From contig JAGQJT010000004.1 in assembly GCA_020430505.1 (NCBI GenBank), positions 576 through 64,575 on the forward strand: a DNA stretch of 64,000 nt, read 5' to 3'. Shown one piece after another: positions 46,021 through 53,782 of this stretch. The notes under the pieces were generated by a model that did no database searches, had not been told where the DNA came from, and saw only the letters and a program-made list of their open reading frames with translations. The DNA comes from Nanobdellota archaeon. GTDB taxonomy: Archaea; Nanobdellota; Nanobdellia; Pacearchaeales; GW2011-AR1. Positions within the stretch are counted from its first letter, which is position 1; each line of letters begins with the position of its first letter. The position numbers and the translations under genes are program-made.

Positions 46021-46874
46021 TTAAGTATGGAAGCGTTTGTAATCCAAGTGTTTAACATATCAAAAGCTAAACCAATTACCAGAACAGTAAAAATTTGTGT
46101 AAGAACAGCTGAGAATGATCTCACTACAAAAAGCGCAATCAACATTGCCGCAAAAGAAGTCAAAGTCATTGTAATTCCTGTTTTAAATGCACCAAATAAT
46201 CTTTGATTTAAGGAGCCTTCCTTTCTCTTTAAAAGCCGAGTCGTTAAAAGAATATCAGTATCAACTGAATAACCAATAAGCATTAGAAAAGCCACAATTC
46301 CTGCTGTAGAAACTTTTGTGCCCATCATATTTATCACAACCAAAGTCATTAAAATATCTGCAAAAGCAGAGATAATTACTGCCATTGAAGGGATGAATGT
46401 CCTGAATAAAATGAAGACAACCAATGCCATTAATACGAATGCAAAGATTATTGCAATTATCAGTTGCTTATAAAAACTTTCACTAAGAGAAGATCCAGTA
46501 AATTCAAAATCACTATTTTCTCCTTCGATCAAATCAAATCCAAGATAATCTTCAACAAATTTTTTTGCGGCCTCTCCTTCAAGAGTAGTCTCTATTACCA
46601 GCGCTTTTTGTTCACGAGTAGTTATATCTGATATTTGACGAACATTCAAATCAGGTAAATCAGGTGAAAGGGCCAACTCTAGATCGCCAGCACTAAAATT
46701 ACCATAAACAGTTATGGAAGTCCCTCCAGTAAGGGAAATATCTTTTTTTATGAAATCCTTATTTTGAGAATAAAATGCCCCCATATAAACAATTGATAAA
46801 ACTATCAAAACAAGAGTTATCAAAAGTAATGATTTGTAATATTTATCGTGAAATTTTGAGAGTCTACTCATCAT
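45993..46874 (-). CDS. secF: protein-export membrane protein SecF
   Basis: 293 aa; GIVAFLMLIGYSVDTDILL. Confidence 0.85.
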   Translation of the reverse strand: MMSRLSKFHDKYYKSLLLITLVLIVLSIVYMGAFYSQNKDFIKKDISLTGGTSITVYGNFSAGDLELALSPDLPDLNVRQISDITTREQKALVIETTLEGEAAKKFVEDYLGFDLIEGENSDFEFTGSSLSESFYKQLIIAIIFAFVLMALVVFILFRTFIPSMAVIISAFADILMTLVVINMMGTKVSTAGIVAFLMLIGYSVDTDILLTTRLLKRKEGSLNQRLFGAFKTGITMTLTSFAAMLIALFVVRSFSAVLTQIFTVLVIGLAFDMLNTWITNASILKWYVRRKEK

Positions 46875-46920
46875 TCAAAGAAAATTTTATGGTATATAAA
46901 GGTTATTAGAACAAAAATAA

Positions 46921-47035
46921 GAAAGACAGCTTGAAGGGTTCGCAGCTGGTCGGCCACTAAAGCCAACAACGTGAGAAGCTTAACTTCTGTGTTCGGTAAG
47001 GGAACAGGTGTTTCCAACTCACTATGGCTGTCTTC
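46921..47035 (-). rRNA. rrf: 5S rRNA
   Basis: Reverse complement: GAAGACAGCCATAGTGAGTTGGAAACACCTGTTCCCTTACCGAACACAGAAGTTAAGCTTCTCACG...GCTGTCTTTC. Helix I closes (AAGACAGC/GCTGTCTT) and the CCGAACAC..GAAGTTAAGC core is conserved. Confidence 0.85.
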
Positions 47036-47097
47036 AAAAAATGAAGAAAATAGGAATTTATAAAGCTTTTTATATGGGAAAAATTTAGAAATTTCAT

Positions 47098-47180
47098 GCA
47101 GGGGTGCCGGAGTGGTCAAACGGGCGAGATTAAGGCTCTCGTGGTTTATCCTTACGCAGGTTCGAATCCTGTCCCTTGCA
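47098..47180 (+). tRNA. tRNA-Leu (class II, long variable arm); anticodon register ambiguous (AAG with a perfect stem, or UAA with one C-U mismatch)
   Basis: GCAGGGG...CGAGA-TTAAGGC-TCTCG...GGTTCGAATCC...CCCTTGC-A folds by hand into a cloverleaf. Confidence 0.8.
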
Positions 47181-47184
47181 CTTT

Positions 47185-47259
47185 GCTCGAGTAGCTCAGC
47201 CTGGATAGAGCGCTTCCCTCCTAAGGAAGAAGTCGAAGGTTCAAATCCTTCCTCGGGCG
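47185..47259 (+). tRNA. tRNA-Arg (CCU)
   Basis: GCTCGAG TA GCTC AGCCTGGATA GAGC G CTTCC CTCCTAA GGAAG ... GAAGG TTCAAAT CCTTC CTCGGGC G. Confidence 0.85.
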
Positions 47260-47301
47260 CTTTCACAAACCTTAAAAACTGGAAAATAAATTAAGTTATA
47301 T

Positions 47302-47372
47302 GCGTGGGTAGTTCAGTGGCAGAATCTCTGGCTTCCAACCAGATGACCCGGGTTCGAATCCCGGCCCGCGCA
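47302..47372 (+). tRNA. tRNA-Gly (UCC)
   Basis: GCGTGGG TA GTTC AGTGGC AGAAT C TCTGG CTTCCAA CCAGA TGAC CCGGG TTCGAAT CCCGG CCCGCGC A. Confidence 0.9.
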
Positions 47373-47376
47373 TTTT

Positions 47377-48411
47377 TTATTCAACAACATAATGGCCTTT
47401 CTTTTCCAAAATCCTTTTCACTTTTTCGTCTATTAAACTCTCTGGAAGATATCCTTTGTCCACAGCTTTGATTATTTCATCTCTTCTTTTTTTCAAAGCC
47501 TTGTACCCAGAATTTTTATGAGTATCAAGAATTATATCATTACCTGAAGAAATCAATACAGGATAAACTTTTTTAAAATTGAAAGGATAAGACAATCTCA
47601 ATCCTAACATAGTTACTGCATCAGTGATAATCAAACCCTCAAATTTATTTCTCAAATCACTCAAAACTTCTCTAGAAATTGTTGCTTGTTTCCCATTTGA
47701 ATCCACTGCACCATAAACAATTGGGTGACCTACCATAATTGCATCAACATGTTCTGAAATTGCAACATCAAAATATTCTAAATCTTCTGGAAAAATTTCT
47801 GCTTTAAACTTTAAAAGATGAGGATTTTTCACCAAACTTCCTCCAGGGTAATGCTTTGCGGTTGCAAGAATTTTTTCTCTATGCAATCCTTGAATATATG
47901 CTTTTACTTTTTCTTGAATTTCTTCAGGAGTTCCCTCAAAACTTCTTCCTGGCCAAACCTCATTTCTGGATTCCACAACGGGAGAAAAATCTAAATTAAA
48001 TCCAAGTTCATTCAAAGTCTTTCCATGCTCAATTCCTAAATCATAAGATTCTTGTTCGTCAGAAACTTCTCCTAAATTTTTGGAAGAATAAAAATTTGAA
48101 AAAGGATTCCAGTAACCTTCCATGTCTGTTGCAATGAATAAGTTTGTTTGAGAAATATTTTTGTAATAGGAAATTGTTCTTTTGTATTCCGGTTCACTTT
48201 TTAAATCATTTAGAAAAATCCCTCCAACATGAAGTTCATTAATATACCTAGAATCCAAACCTTCTGGTTTAACAATCATCAATTGCCCGACCTTCTCTTT
48301 TAAACTCATTTCAGATAAATTTATTGTTTCCATGGTTAGATTTTCCGCTGAGACAATTAGGCAATTAGAGATTAATAAGATTATTGTAATAAATAGCAAC
48401 AATTTATTCAT
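47377..48411 (-). CDS. glycoside hydrolase family 3 (NagZ-like beta-hexosaminidase), secreted
   Basis: Signal peptide; KVGQLMIV; KHYPGGS; ITDAVTM. Confidence 0.65.
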   Translation of the reverse strand: MNKLLLFITIILLISNCLIVSAENLTMETINLSEMSLKEKVGQLMIVKPEGLDSRYINELHVGGIFLNDLKSEPEYKRTISYYKNISQTNLFIATDMEGYWNPFSNFYSSKNLGEVSDEQESYDLGIEHGKTLNELGFNLDFSPVVESRNEVWPGRSFEGTPEEIQEKVKAYIQGLHREKILATAKHYPGGSLVKNPHLLKFKAEIFPEDLEYFDVAISEHVDAIMVGHPIVYGAVDSNGKQATISREVLSDLRNKFEGLIITDAVTMLGLRLSYPFNFKKVYPVLISSGNDIILDTHKNSGYKALKKRRDEIIKAVDKGYLPESLIDEKVKRILEKKGHYVVE

Positions 48412-48426
48412 AAAAATACCAAAGAA

Positions 48427-48624
48427 TTAGGCTTTCTTAAACTTGCCCACCAACTCAACATAATCTCCTTGTGCAAGAAACATACTTCTACAACAGAATC
48501 TTTCCATACCTAAATCTTCGAATACTTTTTTAGGAGATTCACCATCAGCTACTCTCGCCTTAAATTCTTCCCAAAGGTGACCAATTGGTTTTCCGCATGA
48601 AAAACATCTTACTGGAATAATCAT
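48427..48624 (-). CDS. rpoN: DNA-directed RNA polymerase subunit N (Rpo10)
   Basis: [21 protein letters not shown]...ERFCCRSM. Confidence 0.9.
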   Translation of the reverse strand: MIIPVRCFSCGKPIGHLWEEFKARVADGESPKKVFEDLGMERFCCRSMFLAQGDYVELVGKFKKA

Positions 48625-48721
48625 AATATTACTCGAGAAAATTAGTTTTTAAAACTTTCTAATGTGTCACACAAATCTTTAAAAAGTTAACAAAATTTAG
48701 TAGGTCTTAAAAGAGGACAAA

Positions 48722-48907
48722 ATGCCAAAAAAATGTATTTATTGCAAAGGGGAAGTTTCTGATGAGAGTGTAATAGATTTTTGCGAAAGATGTGGAAAAG
48801 GGGTTTGGGGAGAAAAAATGTTTAGAGCAATTGTAGAAAATATGGAAAATGCAAGAGAAAATGACGACCTCTGCTCTACAAATCTGGATCCAAAAAAAAT
48901 ATACTAA
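48722..48907 (+). CDS. small zinc-ribbon protein
   Basis: CIYCKG...CERCG. Confidence 0.45.
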   Translation: MPKKCIYCKGEVSDESVIDFCERCGKGVWGEKMFRAIVENMENARENDDLCSTNLDPKKIY

Positions 48908-48959
48908 TTTTAAGTCTTAACTCTAGATAAAATCCTCAAAAATTTTGCAAAAGACAAGT

Positions 48960-48967
48960 TTTTTAAA
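48960..48967 (+). promoter_or_regulatory. TATA-like box (tttttaaa), 21 nt before the rpl21e ATG
   Basis: Spacing rule. Confidence 0.4.
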
Positions 48968-48988
48968 GGGGAATTTTCTTCGTAAGTC

Positions 48989-49243
48989 ATGGCTGAGAAA
49001 AAAAGTATTAGAACTAAAGGCAAGATATCTTTTAGTAGATATTTTCAAAAATTGAATGAAGGAGACTCTGTTGCAGTGATTAGAGAGATTTCACTAAGGC
49101 CCAGATTCCCAAAGAGACTACAAGGAAAAACTGGCAAAGTTATTGGACAAAGAGGCTCTTCTTATGAGGTTCTAATAAAAGATCAAAATAAAGAAAAAAA
49201 ATTCATATTAAACCCAATACATTTGAAAAAAATACTAAATTAA
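48989..49243 (+). CDS. rpl21e: 50S ribosomal protein eL21
   Basis: GDSVAVIREISLRPRFPKRLQGKTGKVIGQRGSSYEVLIKDQNKEKKFILNPIHLKKI aligns by eye with archaeal L21e. Confidence 0.8.
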   Translation: MAEKKSIRTKGKISFSRYFQKLNEGDSVAVIREISLRPRFPKRLQGKTGKVIGQRGSSYEVLIKDQNKEKKFILNPIHLKKILN

Positions 49244-49244
49244 A

Positions 49245-49535
49245 ATGATAGAACACAAACAAGCTTTAAGCATCGCAGAATCAAAAGAATTCATTGAGGA
49301 TAAAGAGATCAGTAAATTTGCAAAAGGATTTGTTAGTATGAAACCAGAAAAGGCAAAAGAATTAAGAAAAGAACTTGAGGATCTAAACTTAATAAAACTC
49401 AATCCAAAGCACATTTCAAAGATAATTGATTTCCTTCCAGAGGATAGAGAAGATTTAAATAAGATTCTCCCAGATACTAATCTTGATGAGAATGAAGCGA
49501 ACGATGTTTTATCAAAAATTAAACAATTCAAATAA
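49245..49535 (+). CDS. rpoF: RNA polymerase subunit F (Rpo4)-like
   Basis: Size, and the conserved archaeal order L21e-RpoF-DUF655. Confidence 0.55.
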   Translation: MIEHKQALSIAESKEFIEDKEISKFAKGFVSMKPEKAKELRKELEDLNLIKLNPKHISKIIDFLPEDREDLNKILPDTNLDENEANDVLSKIKQFK

Positions 49536-50074
49536 TGAAAATGAAAGAAGAAACAGCAATAATAATAGAATATTTACCGAATGGATATCCTCTAGAAAGG
49601 AAAATGCTCCCTGTAGCACAAGCCATCGGAGACACTAATTTAACTCTTCTAGAATTGGTTCCTAGGAGAGGAGAAACACTTGAGATTGGAGAAAAGGTTT
49701 ACATCGGAGAAGGTAAGAGAGATAAAATTTCTTACATCCTTGGAAGACTCAAAAGAGAAAAATTAACTGAAACTGCAAAAAATCAATTGCAAGAAGTGAT
49801 CCAAGAACTTATAAAGAAATCTGAAGAAAGATTCGTAAACTTTTTTAATAAGGCAAACGCCATAAACAAGAGAGTTCACCAAATTGAGCTTTTACCAGGA
49901 ATTGGTAAGAAGCACATGCAAGAAATACTCAAGCAAAGGGAAGAAAAAGAATTCGAATCTTTTGAAGAGATGAAGAAGAGAATTCAGAATTTGCCCGACC
50001 CTGAAAAAGCAGTAGAGAAAAGAATTTTTCAGGAGTTAACAAACCTAGAAAGGTATAATTTATTCATAGGATAA
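49535..50074 (+). CDS. DUF655 family protein (helix-hairpin-helix)
   Basis: IIEYLPNGYP...; LLPGIGKKHMQEILKQRE. Confidence 0.7.
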   Translation: MKMKEETAIIIEYLPNGYPLERKMLPVAQAIGDTNLTLLELVPRRGETLEIGEKVYIGEGKRDKISYILGRLKREKLTETAKNQLQEVIQELIKKSEERFVNFFNKANAINKRVHQIELLPGIGKKHMQEILKQREEKEFESFEEMKKRIQNLPDPEKAVEKRIFQELTNLERYNLFIG

Positions 50075-50556
50075 TGGAAAAAACAGAACAAGAAAAAACA
50101 GATAACAAGAAGTATGATGATAGAGTAGTTAGAATTCTATCTAAAGACATAGAAGGTAAAATGAAGATTTACCCTGGATTGACAAAGGTAAAAGGAATAT
50201 CCTGGTCTTTCTCCAACTCAATTTGTATTGCATTAAAATTAGACAAGAATAGAAAAATTGGTTCTTTAACTGAAAGTGAAGTTAAAAAAATAGAAGATTT
50301 TGCAAAAAACCCTTCTACTTCAAAACATCTATTGAATAGAAGAAAAGACTTTACTTCTGGAGAAGACAAACATTTAATTGGAAGTGACCTTGAATTAACT
50401 CATGAATTTGATATTAAAAGATTAAAAAAAATAAAAACTTATAGAGGACTTAGACATACTGCAAACTTGCCTTCCAGAGGACAAAGAACTAAATCCAATT
50501 TCAGAAAGAACAGAAGAAAAGGTTCTGGGATAAAGAAAAAAACTGTAAAGAAATAA
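50074..50556 (+). CDS. rps13: 30S ribosomal protein uS13
   Basis: IKTYRGLRHTANLPSRGQRTKSN. Confidence 0.9.
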   Translation: MEKTEQEKTDNKKYDDRVVRILSKDIEGKMKIYPGLTKVKGISWSFSNSICIALKLDKNRKIGSLTESEVKKIEDFAKNPSTSKHLLNRRKDFTSGEDKHLIGSDLELTHEFDIKRLKKIKTYRGLRHTANLPSRGQRTKSNFRKNRRKGSGIKKKTVKK

Positions 50557-50557
50557 A

Positions 50558-51058
50558 ATGAAAAGAAAACATAAACAATACTCTCGACCAAAAAGACCTT
50601 TTGATAAAGTTAGAATTGATGAAGAAGCCCAGATAAAAAAAGAATTTGGTCTGAAAAATAAAAAAGAAATTTGGAAGGCTGAAGCAAGAATAAAATCAAT
50701 GAGAGAAAAGGCAAAAAAATTAATCTCTTCTTCTGCAGAGGAACAAAAAGCACTTTTTGACAGATTACAAAAAATTGGATTAAATGTGAACAGCATTGGA
50801 GAAGTTTTGTCGTTGGATAAAAAAGATTATCTAAACAGAAGATTGCAGACAATTCTTGTAAAAAAAGAATTGGCCACAACACCAAAATCTGCAAGACAAT
50901 TAATTGTACATCAAAAGGTATTGGTTGATGGAAAAATCCTTGATAGCCCTTCTTATATTGTTCCTGTAGAGATGGAGAACAAGATAACTCTAAAACCGAG
51001 CAAACTTAAAAAAACTAAAGAAAACCCAATAAAAGAAGGAGAAAGCGAAAATGCCTAA
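50558..51058 (+). CDS. rps4: 30S ribosomal protein uS4
   Basis: KQYSRPKRPFDKVRIDEE...; S4 domain near the C-terminus. Confidence 0.9.
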   Translation: MKRKHKQYSRPKRPFDKVRIDEEAQIKKEFGLKNKKEIWKAEARIKSMREKAKKLISSSAEEQKALFDRLQKIGLNVNSIGEVLSLDKKDYLNRRLQTILVKKELATTPKSARQLIVHQKVLVDGKILDSPSYIVPVEMENKITLKPSKLKKTKENPIKEGESENA

Positions 51059-51524
51059 GAAGAAAATTGAAGAACCCAAAGAAGAACAAGAAGTAGAAGA
51101 GGAAACTCAAGAAAAAGGAAATAATGAAGAAGGAAAGATTTCTCATGTTAAGGAAGCTGAAGCAATTTTGAATATTTATACATCGTTTAATAATACAATA
51201 GCACATGTCACAGATATGTCTGGAAGAACTCTTACTAAAGTTACAGGAGGAATGGTTACCAAACACAATCGTTTGAAAGCAAACCCCACTGTCGCAATGT
51301 TCATTGCTAAAAGAATTTCTGAATCTGTTAAAGACATGGGAGTTAAATCATTTTACATAAGAATAAGAACAAAAACAAGAAATCCTGCGCCAGGCCCTGG
51401 AGCAAGTGCAATTGTTAAGAGTTTGACAAGAGAAGGATTTAAAATTTTGAACATTCTTGATTCATCAAGAATTCCTAGAGGAGGTCCAAAGAAAAAGGGA
51501 GGACGTAGAGGAAGAAGGCCTTAG
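51051..51524 (+). CDS. rps11: 30S ribosomal protein uS11 with a ~35 aa acidic N-terminal extension
   Basis: NIYTSFNNTIAHVTDMSG...PGPGASAIVKSL. Confidence 0.9.
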   Translation: MPKKKIEEPKEEQEVEEETQEKGNNEEGKISHVKEAEAILNIYTSFNNTIAHVTDMSGRTLTKVTGGMVTKHNRLKANPTVAMFIAKRISESVKDMGVKSFYIRIRTKTRNPAPGPGASAIVKSLTREGFKILNILDSSRIPRGGPKKKGGRRGRRP

Positions 51525-51531
51525 GGCAAGG

Positions 51532-51539
51532 TTTATATA
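51532..51539 (+). promoter_or_regulatory. TATA-like box (tttatata), 21 nt before the rpoD ATG
   Basis: Spacing rule. Confidence 0.4.
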
Positions 51540-51560
51540 ACCTATTAAAAAGATAATAAA

Positions 51561-52274
51561 ATGCAATCAATAAATAAAACAGATAACAAATTAACCTTTT
51601 CAGCAAAAATTAGTGAAAGTTTAGCTAACGCTTTGAGAAGAAGCGTTAATTCAATTCCAACTTTGGCAATAGATGAAGTTGAAATCTCAAAGAATGATTC
51701 TCCTCTTTATGATGAGACTGTTGCACACAGAATGGGACTAATTCCTTTGAAGATGCAAAAGTCGTTTAAAGAAAAAGATGAAGCTGTTCTAAAATTGAAA
51801 ACAAATAAACCTGGAACAGTTTATTCCAAAGATTTTAAAGGCGATATCGAGGTAGTCTATGGAGAGATCCCAATTACCGTTTTAGGAGATGACACTGAGA
51901 TTAATGTCAAAGCAATCGTAAGACTCGGAAAAGGAAGTGAACATGCTAAGTTTTCTCCAGGGTTGATTTATTACAGAAATGCTTCTGAAATCACAATGGA
52001 TAAAGAATTTTTTAATAAAGTGAGGGAAACTTTTCCTGAGAATGAAGTCAAGGAAAAAGGAGATAAGATAATCATTGAGGATAATCTAGAAAAACCAATG
52101 GTTGATTTTTGCGAGGGATTAGCATTAAGAAATAAGAAAAAAGTTGAAGTCAAAGACACAGATGAGTTGATCATTAGTGTAGAAGGCTTTGGGCAAATGA
52201 AAGCTAAAGATATGTTTAAAGAATCATTAAAAATATTAAAGAAAGACCTAAATGATTTTGCAAAAAAAATATAA
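51561..52274 (+). CDS. rpoD: DNA-directed RNA polymerase subunit D (Rpo3)
   Basis: LANALRRSVNSIPTLAIDEVEISKNDSPLYDETVAHRMGLIPL. Confidence 0.85.
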   Translation: MQSINKTDNKLTFSAKISESLANALRRSVNSIPTLAIDEVEISKNDSPLYDETVAHRMGLIPLKMQKSFKEKDEAVLKLKTNKPGTVYSKDFKGDIEVVYGEIPITVLGDDTEINVKAIVRLGKGSEHAKFSPGLIYYRNASEITMDKEFFNKVRETFPENEVKEKGDKIIIEDNLEKPMVDFCEGLALRNKKKVEVKDTDELIISVEGFGQMKAKDMFKESLKILKKDLNDFAKKI

Positions 52275-52277
52275 AAC

Positions 52278-52288
52278 TTTTTTTTTTT
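52278..52288 (+). terminator. oligo-T tract (11 T), archaeal-type terminator after rpoD
   Basis: taaaacttttttttttt begins 4 nt after the stop codon. Confidence 0.5.
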
Positions 52289-52326
52289 AGTTTAGAGTAC
52301 TGTATATATTTAACAGTTGGTGAAAC

Positions 52327-52368
52327 AAAAAAAATATCCTCAACAAAAAGTTGAAGAGGATATTTTTT
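52327..52368 (-). terminator. intrinsic (hairpin plus U-run) terminator for the minus-strand gene ending at 52375; flanked by an A-run and a T-run, so potentially bidirectional
   Basis: aaaaaaa-ATATCCTCAAC-aaaaa-GTTGAAGAGGATAT-ttttt; 7 nt downstream of the stop. Confidence 0.7.
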
Positions 52369-52374
52369 GATTGT

Positions 52375-53268
52375 TTAATCTTTTTTCAAAATATAACATT
52401 TAATAGAATGGATTACTCCCTTATCAGTTTTGAAATAATTAGGGGGGCCCAAACGGAATCCCACAACTTCCTCTGTGAGAAGATTTTCAGGAATCTGGCT
52501 TATAATATGGGCATATGTTGGTTGAAAAATATCTGCCCCCCCTTCCCCAAATTCTTGGTAGATTTCGATAGATTCCTTTTCAACAAATTCCCCTTCTGCG
52601 GGAAAATCTGAATTAATCTTATGTAGATTTGAGCCGTTAATACGCAACCAAATTCCTATAGTGAGGTATGGCTTAGTTAAATCTCCAGGATCTATAAAGG
52701 CCAATCCTTTTTCATGCCAGTATATCGCAGGCCGGATTTTGTCTTTAAATTTTTCTGCCTTTTCCAAAGAAACTGGTTTAATCAAACCTTCAAAAACGGG
52801 AAGAATTTCTTTCTCAAGCTCCTCCGATTTCTCATAAAGGATTATTGGTAAAGATTGATACTCTCCCCTCATGATTACCTCAGCATCATTTTCTGGATCA
52901 AGTGAAAATGCCACAACTTTTTCAGCAATATCTTGGGGAATTTGGGCCATCACTTCTGCCATTGTCACTTTACAAAAACCGTAGTAGCCTCCAACCTTTA
53001 CATAAATATCCAGTTTTGAGAGAATTTTCAATCCTTCAGCCTTCTCTTGCCAAACAGCATCTTTATCAAAATTGAATGCTTCTTTACGAGGATTTGCATT
53101 AGAAAATTGGTAGAATAATTCAAAAAACCGGGGATCCTTTTCCATGGTATGATGAATTTTTCCATCTGTTCCTTTCATAGCATGATTCACAAATCTTATT
53201 CGATCCATCATCTCTTTGAGATGATTATCTGAAATTTTGGGAATTGGATTTTTTGTTTTTGTTTCCAT
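52375..53268 (-). CDS. hypothetical protein with an apparent internal duplication
   Basis: aaggag SD. The segments VTMAEVMAQIPQDIAEKVVAFSLDP and PTYAHIISQIPENLLTEEVVGFRLGP look like two copies of one module. Confidence 0.65.
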   Translation of the reverse strand: METKTKNPIPKISDNHLKEMMDRIRFVNHAMKGTDGKIHHTMEKDPRFFELFYQFSNANPRKEAFNFDKDAVWQEKAEGLKILSKLDIYVKVGGYYGFCKVTMAEVMAQIPQDIAEKVVAFSLDPENDAEVIMRGEYQSLPIILYEKSEELEKEILPVFEGLIKPVSLEKAEKFKDKIRPAIYWHEKGLAFIDPGDLTKPYLTIGIWLRINGSNLHKINSDFPAEGEFVEKESIEIYQEFGEGGADIFQPTYAHIISQIPENLLTEEVVGFRLGPPNYFKTDKGVIHSIKCYILKKD

Positions 53269-53307
53269 AATAAACTCCTTTCCATTTTTTAATTTTAGAA
53301 TTAAGTT

Positions 53308-53604
53308 TTAAGCAAGCTTTAGCTCTTCGCTAAGATTGGCCTTTAAAAAATTCTCAACCAATTCTTCATCAAGCTTATCGAATTTTATCTCTTTAAAGAG
53401 GTTTTCAAAAGAAGATTCTTCTTTTACCTCAAGAGGCTCATTTTCCATATGCTTCATTGCTTTATCCACCTCCACCCCAAAATAAAAACCTCCTCCCGGG
53501 CAGAATGCAAGAGCTTTCCTTTCATTTTCTTTTTCAAGAACTACAACCAATTGAGAGGCACATCCTCCTGTAGGAAGTTGTGCAAAATAAATTAGATTTT
53601 TCAT
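53308..53604 (-). CDS. hypothetical protein (98 aa) downstream of small membrane peptide P1
   Basis: Begins MKNL, like the gene after P2. No motif recognised. Confidence 0.55.
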   Translation of the reverse strand: MKNLIYFAQLPTGGCASQLVVVLEKENERKALAFCPGGGFYFGVEVDKAMKHMENEPLEVKEESSFENLFKEIKFDKLDEELVENFLKANLSEELKLA

Positions 53605-53682
53605 AACATTTTATTTTTAATTGTCAATAATTTAAAAAATTAATAAAAAAGCCAAAATAGCTAAAATTAAAGCTATTAGCTG
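53594..53682. repeat. ~90-nt repeat, copy 1 (about 88% identical to 57975..58064)
   Basis: Hand alignment. The repeat covers the 3' TM-coding part of the small peptide, the 27-28 nt spacer and the first four codons (MKNL) of the next gene. Confidence 0.85.
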
Positions 53683-53739
53683 TAAGTAAAATAGGGACTT
53701 TGAAAAAGTCTCTTTGGAATCCTTTTTGGATTCTTTCAT
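53632..53739 (-). CDS. small membrane peptide P1 (35 aa)
   Basis: Below the track threshold. My translation gives MKESKKDSKETFSKSLFYLQLIALILAILAFLLIF*. AGGAGG lies 5 nt upstream. Paralogue of P2. Confidence 0.6.
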   Translation of the reverse strand: MKESKKDSKETFSKSLFYLQLIALILAILAFLLIF

Positions 53740-53782
53740 AACAACCTCCTTTTTATTTTTTAAGTTTATAATTTATTTAATT

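Noticed and set aside
46871-47294. Track ORFs 46871..47266 (-) and 47112..47294 (+)
   Set aside because: They overlap the 5S rRNA and the tRNA-Leu and tRNA-Arg genes. The open frames are by-products of the structured RNA genes.
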